Source: Rebecca billardiae RCC1528
Lineage: Eukaryota; Protista; Haptophyta
Assembly: GCA_965240325.2 (NCBI GenBank)
Contig: OZ251243.1
Coordinates: 744,001-808,000 of the forward strand
DNA length: 64,000 nt
Direction: 5' to 3'
Below are positions 56,528-64,000 of this stretch, in pieces. Every line of letters starts with the position of its first letter. Position 1 is the stretch's first letter. Below the pieces are notes generated by a model, which did no database searches, had not been told where the DNA came from, and saw nothing but the letters and a program-made list of their open reading frames with translations. The position numbers and the translations under genes are program-made.

Positions 56528-56810
56528 GCACACATACACAGCTGAACCGGTCCGGTCGTCAGCCGACTCGGACAGAGATACACTCTCTAAATAATAATAA
56601 CTACTGCTGCTGGCGCGCATCCGAGCTTTTGTATATTAATTTTACTATACGCCGCGTCCGCTGTGGGCCGCTGTCGCTGATGCACTCGTCAGAGCCGTCT
56701 CGGGCTGACTGTCCGCAGCTCGGTCGTCCCGGCAGCATCATGGACGAGAGTCGGGCGCCCTCTGCTCAGACGACATACGTCACTCGTAATCTCGCCGGCC
56801 TCGCCCATAT

Positions 56811-58963
<2,153 letters not shown>

Positions 58964-59662
58964 TGGCTCGCTCGGTGCGTCGCGCCGAGACCGCATCACC
59001 GAGTCAGGCTTGATGAAGCCCGTCCTCGAGCTTGCCAGCCACCTTGAGGCGCTTGATGCCGAGCTGGCGCGCGCGGCGGCCGCTCAGCCGCTGCTGGCGC
59101 GGGCGCTTATTCGGAACTAGCTTCGCGCGTCGGGCGGCTTTATTTCGGCCTCGGGCGCTTCGGCGGCTTATTCGCCTTCGGGGGCGCCTATTCGGCGCCG
59201 CGCCGGCGCCGCTGCCGCGCCGCCAAGCAAGCGGCAGCAAGCCCGCCCTGCTAGATTCAGACTTCGTCGGCCGGCGGCCAAATAAATCGATCGCCAATTG
59301 GCCCAACTGACAGACTGTCACAGGGCCCAAGCAGCAGTTGATGATGTTCGTCGTTTGTTGAACTCGAAGCCGCAGCCCACTCAGCCGCGCGGCCTGGCAA
59401 CATCAGTGACAAGTTAGTACGCGATGAGTTGACTATGAGACTACACTAACTAACGCGGTCGCGGCCCGTCGTCGTCGAGCCCGGACGAGCCTGGCCACGG
59501 TCGCTGTGCCCGCGTCGTGCGGCCGTGTTAGTCATGGTGGCAAGCCGGGAGTCTGGCGCATGTTGATATTGCACTACGGCTAGCTTACTCAATACTTACT
59601 CCCGGAGGTCTCGATCAGAGTCTCGTGTCAGATGGTAACACTAGACACTCACGGTTATTAGT

Positions 59663-60150
59663 GGCTCCGGCCCCGGTCCACCCCCCCCCCCCCCCCCAGC
59701 TCCGTTACGTCTTGGCCCCAAGCCGAAGTCAACCAAGCGGACCATGCAGCAGAGTCCCTTCCGAACCCCGATTGATGACTTCAACGAGAAATGTCGCGCA
59801 TCCGACAACCTGAACCTCCCAATAGGTTCAGACTCTATTTTTACTATGCAACTACCCGTCTCTTACTCAGATTTCAGCACAGTCCGGGAGCGTTCCGGGC
59901 ACCTGTATACATATGTGAAAATGATACCCGGGCTGGGTATTTAGTTATTGAAAATAGAGTCTGAACAGACTATACTGGAGGTGTGGCTGATGATCCACCT
60001 GGCCGTAATGTCGTCTAATGGACCGCCTGGGGTGGTCTAGGAGCTATTGTAGATCAACCAGAGGCGGCGATCCCGCTGATTGCAGTGTCAAGATGTCAAC
60101 GCTCAACTACTGACCGGACTGGGGGGGGGCGGTGGACCGAAGCCGGAGCC
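59663..60150. mobile_element. 488-bp MITE with ~40-bp imperfect TIRs and 4-bp TSD TAGT
   Basis: GGCTCCGGCCCCGGTCCACC(C)nAG / CT(G)nCGGTGGACCGAAGCCGGAGCC. TAGT at 59659-59662 and 60151-60154. Internal IR TTCAGACTCTATTTT / AAAATAGAGTCTGAA. Confidence 0.75.
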
Positions 60151-60706
60151 TAGTCACTACCAGCTATACGTGCTCGGTGCATGCCCGAGTGCTCAGCGTG
60201 CCCTCCGCCGCCGTCGGACACTGCCGCTCGGCGCCGCGGTTGCGGGCCCGTAAATCGTAATTGAAGTTGATGGCCGAGCTCGCCGTTCATCGATTCAATA
60301 TTAACGAGATTGAGCTGGCGTCGCCAGCAGCTTGAGCTTATCAGACGGCTAGCTGACGTATTAACGTATACCGTAGTGAGTAACAGACACAGTGATGATG
60401 AGCAGAATAAAAATGAGACTGAGTGGCGGCCGGCGCCACGCGATCCGCTTCGCGGGTTTCCGCGTTTTCGGGCACGTGTATCTGAATAACGGACAATCCG
60501 GCTGCATCCGCGCTGACTATGCTAAGGCCCGGACCGTCGTCAGCGTCAGGCGTCCCTGAGTCGAACCGCCGGCGGGCGCCAAGAGCAGGGGATCCATCGA
60601 TCGACTCGCACACGTCCACGCGGATGCCCCCGGGAGGTGCCCGATGGCGGTGCCTGGCAGCGTGCCGCGTCGCCGTCGAGTAGCCTCGTCACTGAGTCTG
60701 GACTCG

Positions 60707-61681
60707 TCAGACGGCTGAGGGCCCAGGCCCGAGCTCGAAGCTGCGGGGGATGATCGTCTTCGTGAGCATCTCGTACGCCATCCACTGGCGGATGCTCGGG
60801 ATGTCCGCCTGCGAGAAGTCGAGCTTGCGGCCGAAGACCAGGCAGCGCACATACATGCACACGAACACGCCGCAGTCGAAGCCGTTGCCCTGCACGGGCG
60901 CGTCATCGCGCAGCACGCTCGGCCAGTGCGACACGTCGACATGCGCGCCGTACTTGGTGTGCCATTCCTCGGCGAGCCACGGGCGGAGCAGCCGCGCGCA
61001 CGAGGGGTGCCGCGGACGGTACGAGTCGAGGAGCTCGAAGCGCTTCGCCTTCAGGTCGATGGCGGCGAGCACCCAGTGCGCCTGCCCCAGGTTGATCGGC
61101 ACGAGAATGCGCTGGTACCCGCGCAGGTCGACGTCCTTCGTCCAGCGGCGCACGCCGTCGTAGTCGTACGCGGCTGTGTCAGTCGCCCTGGCGAGGCGGG
61201 TGTAGAAGAAGCAGCTCATCACGTGCGCGCGGTGCGCCATCCTCGGCCGCTGCTTGGCATACTCGTCGAGCATGCCCAGGTAGACGTTGATGAGCTCATC
61301 GTTCAGCCACTCGCCCGGTCGCATGCGCGCCATGCACTGCCGGGTGACGTTGTTCCCGCGGAGCGAGACGAGCACCTCGCGGGGACGCTTGAGGCAGATC
61401 GAACGATCGAGCGCGCCGCGTACCGCGCGCGCCTCGTCGCCCCCGACCGACCACGGCGAGCGCTGGGCCCTGGGCCGCTCGAACAGAGGTCTGCGCAGGA
61501 AGCCCCACGCCGATGACCACAGGCGCAGGCGCAGGCGGCCGATTTGGCGCAGGACGCTGAGGGCGTCGATGGCGGAGTTGCGCCGGAGGCCCCGCGCCGG
61601 GCGATGCTCGGCGAACCCGCGACCCGCGGGACGCCACCGAGAGCTGCGGGCCCTACTCGGCCACTGCCACGACGGCGCCAT
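60707..61681 (-). CDS. Ulp1/SENP SUMO protease (peptidase C48)
   Basis: WLNDELINVYL, FFYTRL, GVRRWT, ILVPINLGQAHWVL (His), LLDS (Asp), QGNGFDCGVF (Gln, Cys). Confidence 0.92.
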   Translation of the reverse strand: MAPSWQWPSRARSSRWRPAGRGFAEHRPARGLRRNSAIDALSVLRQIGRLRLRLWSSAWGFLRRPLFERPRAQRSPWSVGGDEARAVRGALDRSICLKRPREVLVSLRGNNVTRQCMARMRPGEWLNDELINVYLGMLDEYAKQRPRMAHRAHVMSCFFYTRLARATDTAAYDYDGVRRWTKDVDLRGYQRILVPINLGQAHWVLAAIDLKAKRFELLDSYRPRHPSCARLLRPWLAEEWHTKYGAHVDVSHWPSVLRDDAPVQGNGFDCGVFVCMYVRCLVFGRKLDFSQADIPSIRQWMAYEMLTKTIIPRSFELGPGPSAV

Positions 61682-62209
61682 CACGACTCAACTGCCTCAG
61701 TCATAGCCTGTCCGGCCCCCCTCCGCTGGCTACACAGCAGTGTAGAGTCGGACAGCCTACCTCAGTCAAGCCCGGCAGGAAGTTTCAAGTTTCAAGTTTC
61801 TCAAGCAGTGGCCCTCACTCCTCAGTGTTCATGGGTGAGCAGCGGCAGCCGGATCCGTTCGGCGTCCGAGTCCGACGCGAGATTCGTCAGATGAGGATAA
61901 GCTACTGTACGCAACCACGGCGCCGCGCGCCGCACGACAACGCCGTGCCGGCGGGGCCGCCCGAGACCGTCGCTGATGATCGTCCGATCACTGATGATGA
62001 CCTCACTGGTCAGGCAGACACTGTCGCGGGCGTGTGGCTCGGTGGCGGCACGGGCCGGCCGCGCCCGGGCCGCATGCGGCACGCCTGGCACGGGTGCCGC
62101 AACGGTTCAAGCGCAGCAGCCGATCAGTGCCATCGAAGGCGCCAGGCAGCCCGATGCGGCCTAGCGGCCGCCCGACCGCGCGCGGCGCGCAGCGCCGGGG
62201 CTCGCGGCC

Positions 62210-64000
62210 TCAGAACGCGTCGAACGTGCCCGACGGGATTTTGATGTGCGCGTAGGCTTCCTTGTCAGCGTCAGACTCGTCGTATCGGTCGTAGTTGGAG
62301 TCGTCTGTGGGGCAGCGGGGTGCGCGCGCCGCCGCGCACAGTGGGCGTGAGCGCACGCCGCGCTCTGCCACCGCCGTCCGCGTCGGCAGCACAGCCCCAC
62401 GGCGCGCGCGCCCGCCCGCGAATGCGCGCGCGCGCCCGGCCGCGGCCGCGCACCGAATGGGTTGCTAATGTTGGGCACGTAGGGCGCCTTGAGCTCTTTC
62501 CTCTCGAGCGCCGCCCAGTCCATGCCCTTGAAGAAGGGGTGGTCCTTCACCTGCGGGGTTTCGGGCAGGGCGGGCGGCGCGCCGGGGCCGGGCCGCCGTG
62601 CGGGCCAGGGCAGGGTGGGCCACGGTGAGCGCGCGCGCGCCCGCCGCACCGTGCGGCCGACGCCGCGGCCGCGCGCGCGCGCCCCCGCTCCGCCACCGCT
62701 GCCACCGCCCACCACGGCCCGCCCCGCCGCCGCCGCCGCCGCCGCCGCCGCGTCGGCGCTCGCTCGCTCGGCCTTGCGCGCGCACCTCCTGCCCGTCCGT
62801 GGACGCGCCGATCCTGATGGCCGGGTTGACCTCGATCAGCTTGCTCATCAGATGCTTCGCATCTTTGGAGATGCGCGCGGGGTACTTCACCTTGCCACGG
62901 ATGATCTTCTGGTAGAGCACCATCGGGTCGCGGTCGGAGAAGGGCGGGTGGCCGGCGATCATCTCGAAGAGCAGCACGCCCACCGTCCACCAGTCCACGC
63001 CGATGTCGTGCGACTTGTTGAGGATGATCTCGGGCGCGAGATATTCGGGTGTGCCGCACAGCGTGAGCGTGCGGTCGAGTACCTGCTTGGCGAAGCCGAA
63101 GTCGACGAGCTTGAGGTAGCCCTTGTCGTCGAAGAGCAGGTTCTCCGGCTTGAGGTCGCGGTACGCGATGCGCCGCTGGTGCATGTACGAGAACGCCGCG
63201 GTCACGCACGACGCGTAAAACTTGGCGTCGGGCTCCGAGAAGGGCCCCGCCGAGTGCATGCGCGAGAAGAGCTCGCCGCCCAGACAGATATCCATGAGCA
63301 TGTAGAGCTTGTCCGCGTCCTGGTACGTGGAGACGAGCTCGATGATGAACGGGTGGTTGCACAGCGCGAGCAGCGACTTCTCCTGCAGGATGTGCTGCTC
63401 CTGCTTCAGGTGCACCACCTGCCGCTTGTCCAGGATCTTGAGCGCGTACGCGCGGCCACTCTTCGTGTCGCGAACGAGCTTGACGCGCCCGAACGTGCCG
63501 ACGCCGAGGGTGCGCCGGTGCTCGAGCTGGGTGAGCGCGATCTTGGCGCGCGAGCCCATGTCGTCGCGCCGCTTGATCTCCGACTCGAACGCGTTGATGA
63601 TCGTCTGCAGCGAGCCGAGCGTCTGGCTGAACACCTTTGACGAAATCGAGTAGCACACGAGCTCGGCCGAGACGCAGCGCACGGTCGCACTCGTCTTCTC
63701 GTGCGTGAGGAGCGAGCGCTCGCCGAAGTAGTCGGAGGGGCCGAGCTTGGCGATCTCCTTGTTCGTGCCGAGCATCCCCTTCCCCTCCGAGAGCACCTGC
63801 ACCGCGCCGCTCTTGATGATGTAGAACGCCTCCCCCGGCCGCCCCTCCTTGATCACGTCGTCGCCCTTCACGTAGCGCACCTCCTTCATCTTGGACGCGA
63901 GGTCGTTGCGCTGCTTGTCGGTGAGCGGGGCGAAGAGGGGCATCGAGTCGATCACCTTGAGCGTGAAGTTGTGCTCCAGCGCCGCCGTGAGCGAGCCGAT
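62210..64000 (-). CDS. Cyclic-nucleotide-dependent protein kinase (PKG-like: cNMP-binding domain fused to AGC kinase), 5' end beyond the window; exons >64000-62786, 62550-62454, 62304-62210
   Basis: cNMP domain (IKEGRPGEAFYIIKSG..YFGERSLL), LGVGTFGRV, YALK, YRDLKPEN, DFGFAK, TLCGTPEYLAPE, AGC tail HPFF..APYVP..DDSNYD. Two GT-AG introns. Confidence 0.93.

Noticed and set aside
59095-59200. Degenerate GCTTATTCG repeats
   Set aside because: Resemble TE subterminal repeats, but no termini or TSD could be identified.

Overview
Very GC-rich eukaryotic nuclear DNA with short GC-rich spliceosomal introns (GTGCGC-type donors, two GC-AG introns) and one 100-N scaffold gap (24299-24398). The style resembles a haptophyte alga of the Pavlovales type; this is an inference and was not tested. 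About 17 protein genes are supportable from motifs. They include a CHST-type sulfotransferase with an in-frame TGA, a PhyH-like dioxygenase, a DnaJ-PDZ-PDZ protein, EDEM/GH47, a PH-domain protein, an RTX-repeat surface protein, a Nudix hydrolase, an ASM-like phosphodiesterase, head-to-head ABCE1 and eIF6, DUF1295, ankyrin, EMG1, Ulp1/SENP and a PKG-like kinase. The intergenic space holds many non-autonomous mobile elements whose ends can be read from the sequence. The most striking is a Helitron2/Helentron-like family (5'-TGGCCCGCGGTG...CACCGCGGGCC...GACCGCG-GAA-CGCGGTCA-3', inserted at A|T with no TSD). Members carry different cargo, including a decayed USP deubiquitinase, and three are joined exactly head-to-tail at 25642-30441. 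Also present are a TOC1/PAT-like split-direct-repeat element (56811-58554), a foldback element with 421-bp arms and a 7-bp TSD, a hAT-like element whose 7-bp TSD is shown by a paralogous empty site, CACAGT-ended elements, Tc1/mariner-like MITEs and a 5'-truncated retroposon. No transposase is visible in the window. All family assignments come from motif recognition by eye, not from database searches.
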